A stretch of DNA of 64,000 bases, from the IMG/VR virus record IMGVR_UViG_3300021964_000014. One strand, given 5' to 3'. Both the position numbers and the translations under genes were made by a program. The notes under the pieces are model-generated. The model saw only the letters and a program-made list of their open reading frames with translations. It did not search any database and was not told the DNA's origin. Shown in pieces: positions 55,664 through 64,000 of this stretch. Source of the DNA: a virus. Each line of letters begins with the position of its first letter. Position 1 is the stretch's first letter.

Positions 55664-56805
55664 TATCCTACATGTATAGTCAGTGGAACATTCGATAAGG
55701 TAGTTTTAAGGAATTCAGCCTCTTGAGACTGTGCTTCCATCTGAGATCCTCTCGATGTTTCGTTTAACATTTCTCTTAAGTTAGTCAATAAAGCATCTTT
55801 TTCTGTTCTAGCATCAGCTAACAAGTCAGATTGATTTAATGTTGCTTCTGAGCCTGGTACTGGTACTGTTTGATACTTTCCTCTTATGTACCCTAGTAGT
55901 TCTTTAGCTAATGCTAAAGTATATTTAAAGATCCACTGTCTTCCTACACTATTAATATGTTCATATGTTGGGTTATTATAAGGAACTTCTGCTACATTAG
56001 TAATTAGCCCTGGGGAATTATTAAAGTTGATAGCAGATTTATCATCTGACTTATAGTATTCAAACATTAAACGACCACTATTAGTAGGTACTGGGAATAC
56101 TTTTAATTGGTTATTTACTAATTCAAAAGTAAATGTTGATTTTCTTATTTGATCATTAAATTCTATTGCTTGAGTCTTTAATATATCGTAAGAAGCTGGC
56201 ATTAATAAGAAATTAACACCGGGACTATAAGCTCCAAATTCAAAAGCGTCCATTAATGACTGTATACCTGTACCTGTACCAGCATATGGGTCAAAGTACC
56301 TCTGTATTGCTGGTGGTGCTTCATAAAATACCTTTCTTATCTCTATTCCACCTACTATTCCTTGGTCAGATGCCCAAGCATCTAAATCATAGTTTTGAAG
56401 TGAAGCAGTGATATCTAAAGAGCCTGAGTATTTAGTTACGTTACCGCCTACTCCTGCTTCAGTCCCGTAGTTTTTAGCAATCTGTACAAATCTATTTATA
56501 TTTGATTCTACTAATTGATTATTTACAGAACTACCGGTAGAAGCTCCTTCTAAATTTAGATAATTTTCTCTAATTTTATATTGAAATACTTCGTTACCGT
56601 AAGTAGTAATAGCTTCTTCAAAGCAAGCATAAAAAGAACCAGACTGGAGTTCTACGTCCATTAACGGATATCCTAGTCTAGTAGCACAGAATGTAGCAAC
56701 TTTATCTGCATCCGATTGAAAGGATGTATCGTTGTCATAAAATCCGAAAGGAGTAGATCCTGTAGTGAAATTTGAAGATCCGTTCCATATACTAATATTG
56801 GCCAT
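55663..56805 (-). CDS. Neck / head-tail adaptor protein (gp13-like)
   Basis: RLGYPLMDVEL; WIFKYTLALAKELLGYIRGKY...TLN. Confidence 0.8.
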   Translation of the reverse strand: MANISIWNGSSNFTTGSTPFGFYDNDTSFQSDADKVATFCATRLGYPLMDVELQSGSFYACFEEAITTYGNEVFQYKIRENYLNLEGASTGSSVNNQLVESNINRFVQIAKNYGTEAGVGGNVTKYSGSLDITASLQNYDLDAWASDQGIVGGIEIRKVFYEAPPAIQRYFDPYAGTGTGIQSLMDAFEFGAYSPGVNFLLMPASYDILKTQAIEFNDQIRKSTFTFELVNNQLKVFPVPTNSGRLMFEYYKSDDKSAINFNNSPGLITNVAEVPYNNPTYEHINSVGRQWIFKYTLALAKELLGYIRGKYQTVPVPGSEATLNQSDLLADARTEKDALLTNLREMLNETSRGSQMEAQSQEAEFLKTTLSNVPLTIHVG

Positions 56806-56850
56806 AGAGTATAGTTTTATAATAAATAGTAAGGTATTGTAATAAGAGCT

Positions 56851-57543
56851 TTAATCTCTAAACGTTTTATATACCTTGAGTATTGGAGACACTATTTCAT
56901 GTCTATGATTCTGTTCCAATGAATGTGTAACAAAGCCTTCAACTTGTTCTTCTAACCTAGAAAGAAAAGAAAACCCAGTTTCTCTTTTATCTTTTAAATC
57001 AATCTGAGCTATATCCCCACATATTACCATTTTACTTCCCTTTCCTAATCTACCTATAACGGTTTCCATTTGAGGGTGTGTAACATTTTGTGCTTCATCA
57101 ACTATTACAAATGCATCTACAAACGTTCTACCTCTCATGAAAGCAAATGGTACTATCTCTATAGTTCCTTTTTCAATTTCTTTATCTACCTTTTCTTTAT
57201 TGTATAACATATACAAGTTATGATAGATAGGAGCTAACCATGGGTCCATTTTTTCTCTAATATCTCCAGGTAAAAATCCTATTGACTCTTTAGAAACTGT
57301 AGGACGTGTGATTATAATCTTTTTTACTTGTTTTCTAAATAATAAATCTAATCCTACTTGAGTAGCAACTAATGTTTTACCGCTACCGGCCATTCCCTTA
57401 AGTACTGTTATTGGTGAGTTAAGAATTAAAGCTTTTGCTTTCTTTTGTTCCTCATTTAACGTAACATTGAATTTAATTGGACCCTTTGGTCTTCTTTTTA
57501 AGACGAAGACCTCGTCTGTGTGGTGGTTTGATGACATAGGCAA
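56851..57543 (-). CDS. phoH: PhoH-family ATPase
   Basis: GMAGSGKT, GFLPGD, FMRGRTF, DEAQN, GDIAQIDL. Confidence 0.95.
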   Translation of the reverse strand: MPMSSNHHTDEVFVLKRRPKGPIKFNVTLNEEQKKAKALILNSPITVLKGMAGSGKTLVATQVGLDLLFRKQVKKIIITRPTVSKESIGFLPGDIREKMDPWLAPIYHNLYMLYNKEKVDKEIEKGTIEIVPFAFMRGRTFVDAFVIVDEAQNVTHPQMETVIGRLGKGSKMVICGDIAQIDLKDKRETGFSFLSRLEEQVEGFVTHSLEQNHRHEIVSPILKVYKTFRD

Positions 57544-57587
57544 AAAACGTTTATTGTATAATAATAAATAGTTGATCGCTAGTAAAT

Positions 57588-57620
57588 AAAAAAAAGAAAG
57601 GGGCCAAAAAGGCCCCTCTC
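57588..57620 (-). terminator. Intrinsic terminator after major capsid gene
   Basis: GAGAGGGGCC-TTTTT-GGCCCCTTTC followed by T8. Confidence 0.88.
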
Positions 57621-57646
57621 AAATATATCCAATATCTAGATTAGAA

Positions 57647-59218
57647 TTACACTGCTAACATGTCAGAGATGTAAATCTTACCGTAGAATTCTGGTCTAAT
57701 CATCTTCTTCGCATAACGAGTCATGATACCTTTTCTTGGAGTGAAGGTATTAGGATCGTATACTAAAGGAGTCATGATTAATGGTACATATGGAGCATAT
57801 ACAGCACCACTTTCTAGGAACTGACCACCTCTAAATCCTAATAGGATAGTGTTTTCAGTCATATAAGGGTTTTTGTATACTTTATATCTACCGTTAAGTT
57901 GTCCAACTTTTTGAACACCCATTGCAAACTCAGCTTGGTCACCGTCAGTTTGTGCAGCATATCCTGGAATAGATTCTAAGATAGTTGCAACTGCTGGAGA
58001 ACATACTAGGAAGTTAGCACCTCCTCTAAGAGTTTTTTGGTGAATTTTGTTAGATACTTTTTGGATTTTAGTTCCTAAAGTTTGGAACCATTGTCCTTGA
58101 GTATTGTAGAATCCACTTGAAGCAGTAGCCCAAGCAGAACCATTCCATACTCTATTGTTTTCAGCAGACCACTTTTCAGTTGTTCTTGCACCGCCGATCA
58201 ACATATCTAAGATCTCAAGATCAATCTCCATAGAGATATACTCACTCAATAAAGATGTTAACTCAGCCTCAGCATCAATACTGTGGTAAGCGTTAAGATC
58301 TTGAGCGAATTCTGGAGTCCATTGTGCTTTCAACTTTCTAGTTTTAGCAACAACTGCCTCAGATTTTAACTCTACATTGATTTCTGGGATGTTGATAGAT
58401 CCAGCAGGAGCGTCTTCAAAGTCTCCTCTTGAATTGTCAGCTGGTACAGCATGCCATTTGATAGCACCTGTAATTGCACCTGCAGCAGTTGCTGTTTTAG
58501 CGATTACAAATACTAAATTACCACTACCGTCAACATAAGTCAATTCAGGGTTAGAAGTAATGTCAGTTGACCCAGATAAGATTCTGAAAGCTCTTACACC
58601 GTCAACATCATATCCAGCAGGAGCTGCAGCAGATACTGTAAAGTAATCAGCAGGATCCTTGTCGTCGTCAAAGTTTACTGATGCAGATGCAGCAGATCCA
58701 GTAGCGACAGCAGATAGAGCAACGTCAGATCCAGTAGCGACAGTATATCCGAATGCACCAGCACCGTATAGACCACCAGAAGGATCAACATCTACTCCCA
58801 TTTTATTCACAACTGATACGTTTCCGTATAAGCTTGAATCGTTAGTTTTTCCGTGTCCAGCAGTACCGTATTTAAAGTCTAAATAAAATACTAGTCCAGA
58901 AGGAAGGTTCATTGGTTGTACAGAGACGAAATCTTTAGATGAGATTTGTGCGAATACCTTTCTTACTAAAGGTAGAGCAACACCAGCCCATTGTTCAGAT
59001 CCACCACCTGCAGCGCCGATTGCAGAAGTACCAGTAGATGATTGCTCAGCTACGATTTGTTTTGCTTGGTTCTCTAACATGATAGACATGTTAGCTGTGT
59101 CTTTTTCGTTTAGACCTTCAAGCAATCCAGAAGCACCCCACTTATCAGCTAACCTTTTTGCGTCTTCTTGAAGGGCTTTGTAGCCGTTCGCGCTTTCTAA
59201 TAGGTTGTTAATTTCCAT
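57647..59218 (-). CDS. Major capsid protein (T4 gp23-like)
   Basis: VQPMNLPSGLVF, TRKLKAQWTPEFAQDL, EIDLEI, YAPYVPL and GIMTRYA. Confidence 0.96.
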   Translation of the reverse strand: MEINNLLESANGYKALQEDAKRLADKWGASGLLEGLNEKDTANMSIMLENQAKQIVAEQSSTGTSAIGAAGGGSEQWAGVALPLVRKVFAQISSKDFVSVQPMNLPSGLVFYLDFKYGTAGHGKTNDSSLYGNVSVVNKMGVDVDPSGGLYGAGAFGYTVATGSDVALSAVATGSAASASVNFDDDKDPADYFTVSAAAPAGYDVDGVRAFRILSGSTDITSNPELTYVDGSGNLVFVIAKTATAAGAITGAIKWHAVPADNSRGDFEDAPAGSINIPEINVELKSEAVVAKTRKLKAQWTPEFAQDLNAYHSIDAEAELTSLLSEYISMEIDLEILDMLIGGARTTEKWSAENNRVWNGSAWATASSGFYNTQGQWFQTLGTKIQKVSNKIHQKTLRGGANFLVCSPAVATILESIPGYAAQTDGDQAEFAMGVQKVGQLNGRYKVYKNPYMTENTILLGFRGGQFLESGAVYAPYVPLIMTPLVYDPNTFTPRKGIMTRYAKKMIRPEFYGKIYISDMLAV

Positions 59219-59254
59219 GATAAATTAAGTTTTTAAAAATTTGTGTTAATTTGA

Positions 59255-60289
59255 TTAAATAATACCAGCTAATTTTTGCATTCTTTGCACCGCAGAAGAT
59301 ACTTCACTAATTACTTCTGGTTTACTTGCAGTAGTTCCAGTAGCTTTAGATGCACTTCCTAATTTGCTTTCGTTTACTTTAGTTGTCTTTTTAGTTACAA
59401 CGTTTTCAGATACTGTTTCGAATACTAATTTTACTTCTTTAACAGTTTCTGCTTTATCAAAAGCAGCGATGATGTTAACTTTTTGACTCTCACTAAGGTT
59501 GTTAGCTTTGAATACTTTATTAACATACATAAGTTTTGCGTTTAGAAGATTTACTTCCTGTAGTTGACTCTGTAAAGTTTCAATAGTTGCTAAAGCTTCT
59601 GTTAATTCAGAATTGTCTTCTTCTTTAACTTCTTCTTCGTTTACTACATCTTCTTTTACTTCCTCTTCTACTTCTTCAGTAACTTCTTCTTCAATTTCCT
59701 CGTTAGTAGCTGATTCTAACTCGGCTAATAATTCGTCTAGATCGATTTCGTCATCTTCAGCACCTACTTCCATGTCGTCCATTGCTGGTTCCATTTCCGC
59801 ACCTGCGTCCATATCTACTCCGTCTAGCTCTTCTTCTCCACCGTCACCCATTTCTTGAGCGATAATGTCTCTGATAAGGTTCTTTAGGTCATCGACTTCC
59901 ATGTCTTTAACTTCAATATCCTCATCTTCCTCTTCGGCTTCTACCTCTTCGTCGCCTTCAGCTTCGTCCTCAGATTCTTCTGAGTCATCCTCGGCTTCTA
60001 CTACGTCTGATTCTTCCATCTTATCATCGTCGTCGCTATGCATTGCTTCTTCTACTCCTTCAGATTCTTCAACAGCTGTATCAACTGCTTCCTCTACTTC
60101 TTCTTCGACTTCGTTTACTACTTCTTCTTCAACTTTGGAATCTTCCATTTCTTGAAGTTTAGCAGCTAACATGTCCTTTAGATGTGGAGTTAAAGACTCT
60201 TCTAGAGCTTCTTTAGCGTTAGCAATAGCGGCTTCTCTAATAGATTTAGCTTCAGCAATAGCTTGCTTGAATAAATCTTTGTTTGCCAT
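59255..60289 (-). CDS. Prohead scaffolding protein (gp22-like)
   Basis: Highly acidic coiled-coil protein directly upstream of the major capsid gene; ends RMQKLAGII. Confidence 0.82.
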   Translation of the reverse strand: MANKDLFKQAIAEAKSIREAAIANAKEALEESLTPHLKDMLAAKLQEMEDSKVEEEVVNEVEEEVEEAVDTAVEESEGVEEAMHSDDDDKMEESDVVEAEDDSEESEDEAEGDEEVEAEEEDEDIEVKDMEVDDLKNLIRDIIAQEMGDGGEEELDGVDMDAGAEMEPAMDDMEVGAEDDEIDLDELLAELESATNEEIEEEVTEEVEEEVKEDVVNEEEVKEEDNSELTEALATIETLQSQLQEVNLLNAKLMYVNKVFKANNLSESQKVNIIAAFDKAETVKEVKLVFETVSENVVTKKTTKVNESKLGSASKATGTTASKPEVISEVSSAVQRMQKLAGII

Positions 60290-60427
60290 TATTAAAAATT
60301 TTGTTTGATTTCTACGATTATTTTAATCGTAATAGGAAAGTTCGTTTTTTTTCATACAGTATAGATGACTGTATATTCGTATATAAATATATACTTATTC
60401 TGGAAAACTAAGTAAATCTGAAAAAAA

Positions 60428-61033
60428 TTATACTACACCAGATAACTTAGGTGCTAACTTTTTAACCGCTATTATAAGCTCGTCTGCTTTAGTACCAGAA
60501 AGTCCTGCTTCAACTGCACCCATAATAGGGCTGCCAGATGTTAAAGCTTGAATTGAGCCGTAAACCGAGAATGCAGCTGCGATGGCAACTCCGACATATA
60601 AAAGAAATTCTGCAGCTGTTGTTAACTTTTCATCATTTACTTTACCATTTTCATCAGTATAAAATTTAGATGCGAACCCAGTGTTTTTTATAACCCACTT
60701 GATAATCTTAATATACTTCTTATGTAAGTTATGACCTTGATCTTCTATCCATTTAGCAGCTTTGACTTCTTTATCTTGTTCCTCTTCGCTTTTGCCTAGA
60801 AGTTTTTTAAAAATTTTTACTACCCACTGTACTATTCTACCTATATATTCTATAATTTTTGGAGCTGCTAATATTGCGCCAATAATTAAAGGAATGCCTA
60901 CAGCTTCATCTAATTTTCTTTGTTCTTCTTCAGAAAGAGTGGATAGAGGAAGGTCATCACGTAATGGGGCTTCTAAAGCTAGCCTTAATCCTCTTTCTTC
61001 TGCGGATTCTAATATAAGTTCAGATAGTTTCAT
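60428..61033 (-). CDS. Hypothetical protein with two hydrophobic segments, possible internal head protein
   Basis: MKLSELILE leader; hydrophobic AVGIPLIIGAILAAP and FLLYVGVAIAAAFSVY. Confidence 0.65.
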   Translation of the reverse strand: MKLSELILESAEERGLRLALEAPLRDDLPLSTLSEEEQRKLDEAVGIPLIIGAILAAPKIIEYIGRIVQWVVKIFKKLLGKSEEEQDKEVKAAKWIEDQGHNLHKKYIKIIKWVIKNTGFASKFYTDENGKVNDEKLTTAAEFLLYVGVAIAAAFSVYGSIQALTSGSPIMGAVEAGLSGTKADELIIAVKKLAPKLSGVV

Positions 61034-61611
61034 TACGCTCTTAATATATCGTTAATAATAGAATCTAAATTCATATATTTAGAAACTTTCTTTTTACCTT
61101 CATTTAACGATATAGGGTTCATAAATGCACCGTGAGTAGAAGGATTAGATACAAAGTCCCAACATACTAATTCAAAGTCTGGTTGTACTTCTAAATTACC
61201 TTCGTTAGTCTGTTGAACTGATCCGGTACCTCTAGAACTAATACCGATAGTATGTCCTGCTTTGATTATTTCTTTTACAATATTACCTGCTGGTGTATTT
61301 AGTAACTCAACTTTACCCATTAAGTCATCACCTTTCCACCATAGGTCTTTTACAATATGAGAAGCATTTTTTAAAGATACAACAGGAGATTCAGGATGAT
61401 CTAATTCACCATATGCATTACCATTCTTAACGAATTCATCCATATACTTACTCATCTCTCTTTCTAATATAGCTTTAGAATAAACTCTACCGTTTTGATT
61501 CTTAGCTGTTGCTCTTTGCATAACACCTTCAACCTCAAATACACCTGGTCTAGTTTTTGACTCGGTAATAATAGGCCTAAATGTTGATACTTCTACTAAT
61601 AATTGTGCCAT
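61033..61611 (-). CDS. Prohead core protease (gp21-like)
   Basis: NQNGRVY, GELDHP, SHIV, TPAG, GISSRGTGS and DFVSNPS. Confidence 0.95.
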   Translation of the reverse strand: MAQLLVEVSTFRPIITESKTRPGVFEVEGVMQRATAKNQNGRVYSKAILEREMSKYMDEFVKNGNAYGELDHPESPVVSLKNASHIVKDLWWKGDDLMGKVELLNTPAGNIVKEIIKAGHTIGISSRGTGSVQQTNEGNLEVQPDFELVCWDFVSNPSTHGAFMNPISLNEGKKKVSKYMNLDSIINDILRA

Positions 61612-61614
61612 GTC

Positions 61615-63726
61615 TTATTTTTTAGTCTCTCTTAATGATCCGTTTACCGGAGGTGTATAAACAGTATCTTTAACTGGTTCTGCTTCTCCTAAAGGAGCTT
61701 CACCTGAGTTATGTCTGTCTATATCTCTTTGAGAGATAACTCTTACTTTTGGTTGATCTAATCCTTTTGTAAAACCTTTTTTAGTTACAGGTCTAAGATC
61801 TTTTATAAATGCTGTTTCAATAGCAGGAGCTAAAAATCCTCCTACTTTTAAGCCTTCTTCATTTCTTATATCCCCCATAGCATCAAATGCTTTCTGAATC
61901 TTACTTCTAGTCTTGTCGTAATATGATTCTATATCTGTTACTACATCTTGTAATTGTAGTAGTACTGATTTCATTCCTTCAAATCCTCCGTAAGTATCAG
62001 TCATTTTAGCTAATTCTTGAGTAGCAGCTTCGTTAAGAGTGCCTTCTTCTAGTACTTTTGAAATGATAGCTTTAATGTTTTCTTTCACCATTTCATCTTT
62101 ACCCATTGCTGTTTTGATAGCTTTATCTTTAGCAGCCATATAATCATCTCCATCAACGTCTCCGTCTCCGTCGTGATCTTTACCTTTCTTTTCATTTAAG
62201 TTATAATGATCTTGTAAAGCTTCGATAACTTCTTCTGCTTCTTCTGCTTCACTGAATCCTGATTCTCCTGCTCTATCTTGAATTAAAGAAATAAATTCAT
62301 CTAAGCTACCTACTCTTTCAGTTACTACTGCTTCAGCTTCTTCTAATTCTTTTCTATTAGGATTAGCTCCTTCATTAAATCCAATTAAAGTTTGCTTGAT
62401 AGCTTTCTTAAAGTTTCTAATATGATCTAAAGCTTCTGATTTATCTCCATCATTAATAGCATCGATAGCTAAACCTAAATGACTGTTTTCTGAATGATAA
62501 TTAACATCTTCAAAAGAGTCATATAAAGCTTGTAAAGTAGCAATTGGAGTGTTTAATCTAATCTTCATACCAAATTCTAACATACCTTCATAATCGAAGT
62601 CAGAAGAAAACAGATCGCCTGGTTTAAAAGCTTTTACGGGTTTATCTTCTCTACCGTACTTTTCGATAGCTTTCATATCTTCGTCAGATAATTTTTCTTC
62701 CATATTTTTAGCAGCTGCCTTATACTTGGTAGCATCGCTTCCGCCAGTTTCTGGTTTCTTATTACCTTTTCTATCAACACCCATTACTTCTCCAACATCA
62801 TCTCTATTGATAGTTTCGTATTCATCGTAATTATTCCATACATCATTGATGTCGTTATAATCTATATCTCCGCTAAAAATATCTACTCTATGAGTTCTGA
62901 TAAAGTCTAAAGCATCTTGAGTACTTACTTTATGACCTGAATCTGGATGGCCATTTATAGTTAAAAAATCTATAATTTTTCTAAGAGCCATTTTTCTATT
63001 ATGGTTGACTGTTCTTTCTCCATCTATACCTGGTTCGGTAGGGATAGGATCGGCTTCTTTAATACCGTGTAGTTTGTCATACCATGCTTTAAATTCTGGA
63101 TCTCTATCTAAGTTAGCTAATAATTCTGGAGCTAATGAATCTAATCCGTGATCGTCTACCTGCTGTATAGCTTTTTCCGCATCGTCTGGATCTTCCACGT
63201 ATTTTAAAATAATATTAAGTAAAGCATTCATACTTTCATCATCAAATACTGTTGGTACTCCAGCTTCTTCTTTTAAGTCGGCTTTTTTCATACCGTTAAA
63301 AGTATCTACCTTATTTTTTTCATTTGGTTCAACCATTTGATCATGCTTGTCGACCTTATTAGACTCGCCTGACATTAGATTAAGGTAGTGTAGTGGATTC
63401 TTTTTTAAATTTTTTAGAGCTTTATCTTTAGCTTTAGCTTGATCCTCTTCAGATACTTTATCATGAGACATAAGTCCCATTGCTTCTAATTCAGCATCGA
63501 CTCCTCTTCTGATAGCTTCATCAGATATATTGTCGAAAGCAGAATATTCTGGCATTTTATCTGCTTCAGATATCATTCCTTTCTGTTTAAGTATGTTTAC
63601 AGTATCTTCAAATCCTAAGAATTGATTGATAAGTTGGGGCCATGCCATACGAGCATCTCTTACGAATTGTTTCTTTGAAAAGGATTCGTTTAATACCCCT
63701 CTATATTTTTCAGTTAACGTTTTCAT
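61615..63726 (-). CDS. Large acidic head-region protein, putative internal/core protein
   Basis: 703 aa with many [LIVM]-x-E sites and a DHDGDGDVDGDD loop; upstream of the protease. Confidence 0.6.
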   Translation of the reverse strand: MKTLTEKYRGVLNESFSKKQFVRDARMAWPQLINQFLGFEDTVNILKQKGMISEADKMPEYSAFDNISDEAIRRGVDAELEAMGLMSHDKVSEEDQAKAKDKALKNLKKNPLHYLNLMSGESNKVDKHDQMVEPNEKNKVDTFNGMKKADLKEEAGVPTVFDDESMNALLNIILKYVEDPDDAEKAIQQVDDHGLDSLAPELLANLDRDPEFKAWYDKLHGIKEADPIPTEPGIDGERTVNHNRKMALRKIIDFLTINGHPDSGHKVSTQDALDFIRTHRVDIFSGDIDYNDINDVWNNYDEYETINRDDVGEVMGVDRKGNKKPETGGSDATKYKAAAKNMEEKLSDEDMKAIEKYGREDKPVKAFKPGDLFSSDFDYEGMLEFGMKIRLNTPIATLQALYDSFEDVNYHSENSHLGLAIDAINDGDKSEALDHIRNFKKAIKQTLIGFNEGANPNRKELEEAEAVVTERVGSLDEFISLIQDRAGESGFSEAEEAEEVIEALQDHYNLNEKKGKDHDGDGDVDGDDYMAAKDKAIKTAMGKDEMVKENIKAIISKVLEEGTLNEAATQELAKMTDTYGGFEGMKSVLLQLQDVVTDIESYYDKTRSKIQKAFDAMGDIRNEEGLKVGGFLAPAIETAFIKDLRPVTKKGFTKGLDQPKVRVISQRDIDRHNSGEAPLGEAEPVKDTVYTPPVNGSLRETKK

Positions 63727-63931
63727 CTAAGTAATCAAACATTTTAGTGTTATAAGGTCTTTTTTTTTGCTTCACAGTCTTGTAACCTAGCTTTTCAGCT
63801 TGTTTTGTCGCTCTATTTTTTTTATTGCCTTTTGAAAAAGCAAATGGAGTTTGATAGCCTGCAACACCGGCTGTCGTACTCAATTCTTCTATTACTTCTC
63901 TTACTGCTTTAATTAACTTACTTCGTTTCAT
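63710..63931 (-). CDS. Small basic head-region protein
   Basis: EELSTTAGVAGYQTPFAF motif; overlaps both neighbours. Confidence 0.7.
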   Translation of the reverse strand: MKRSKLIKAVREVIEELSTTAGVAGYQTPFAFSKGNKKNRATKQAEKLGYKTVKQKKRPYNTKMFDYLDENVN

Positions 63932-64000
63932 AGCTTACGCATTTCGTTAACTAGATCGTAGTATTGCATTAAATTAATAAGATGGTTGTCTGTAATCTTT
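63928..64000 (-). CDS. C-terminal end of upstream gene (partial)
   Basis: ...KITDNHLINLMQYYDLVNEMRKL*; stop overlaps the next ATG (ATGA). Confidence 0.65.
   Translation of the reverse strand, partial: KITDNHLINLMQYYDLVNEMRKL

Noticed and set aside
56851-57543. PhoH as a novel auxiliary gene
   Set aside because: PhoH is common in large aquatic phages; recorded as a feature only.
379-61055. Numerous + strand ORFs (60-173 aa) in the ORF track
   Set aside because: All lie antisense to well-supported minus-strand genes and give low-complexity shadow translations with no recognisable motifs.
1-64000. Stop-codon reassignment (alternative genetic code)
   Set aside because: Genes are long and intact under the standard code; TAG and TGA both end genes at sensible positions.
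1-64000. tRNA genes, introns, inteins or homing endonucleases
   Set aside because: Intergenic gaps are short and show no cloverleaf; core proteins are of normal length with no visible insertion elements.

Overview
This 64-kb window is a segment of a large, AT-rich, T4-like myophage genome. Every credible gene is on the minus strand; the + strand ORFs are antisense shadows. In transcription order (right to left) it carries: head genes (putative internal proteins, gp21-like prohead protease, scaffold, gp23-like major capsid); PhoH; neck and tail-completion genes; a ~28-kb array of modular tail-fibre/receptor-binding genes (three with C-terminal S74 chaperone domains, plus LamG and fibrinogen-like proteins); a five-gene modification cluster (GT25, two DxD GT-A-like proteins, radical SAM, 2OG-Fe(II) oxygenase); sheath, tube, tail chaperone, tape measure and baseplate genes; and a replication/nucleotide block (divergent PolA, SSB, UvsX/RecA, 5'-3' exonuclease, DnaB-like helicase, NrdB, partial NrdA). 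Four exact GTTG-N20-TATATT promoter-like elements point to a Bacteroidota host (inference). The most striking signal is a [S/T]-G-S (broadly [S/T]-[G/A/S]-S) tripeptide. It is dense in outer virion proteins and absent from the replication and modification enzymes, the tube, the tape measure and one equally Gly/Ser/Thr-rich fibre. Together with the embedded glycosyltransferase cluster, this suggests a phage-encoded, sequon-directed virion glycosylation system. Other highlights are a probable +1/-2 programmed frameshift in the tail chaperone, a TATTTAT late-promoter-like motif, structured 5' leaders, DNA-level repeats at fibre module junctions, and a PolA with substituted active-site residues. 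All annotations come from manual motif recognition; no database searches were run.
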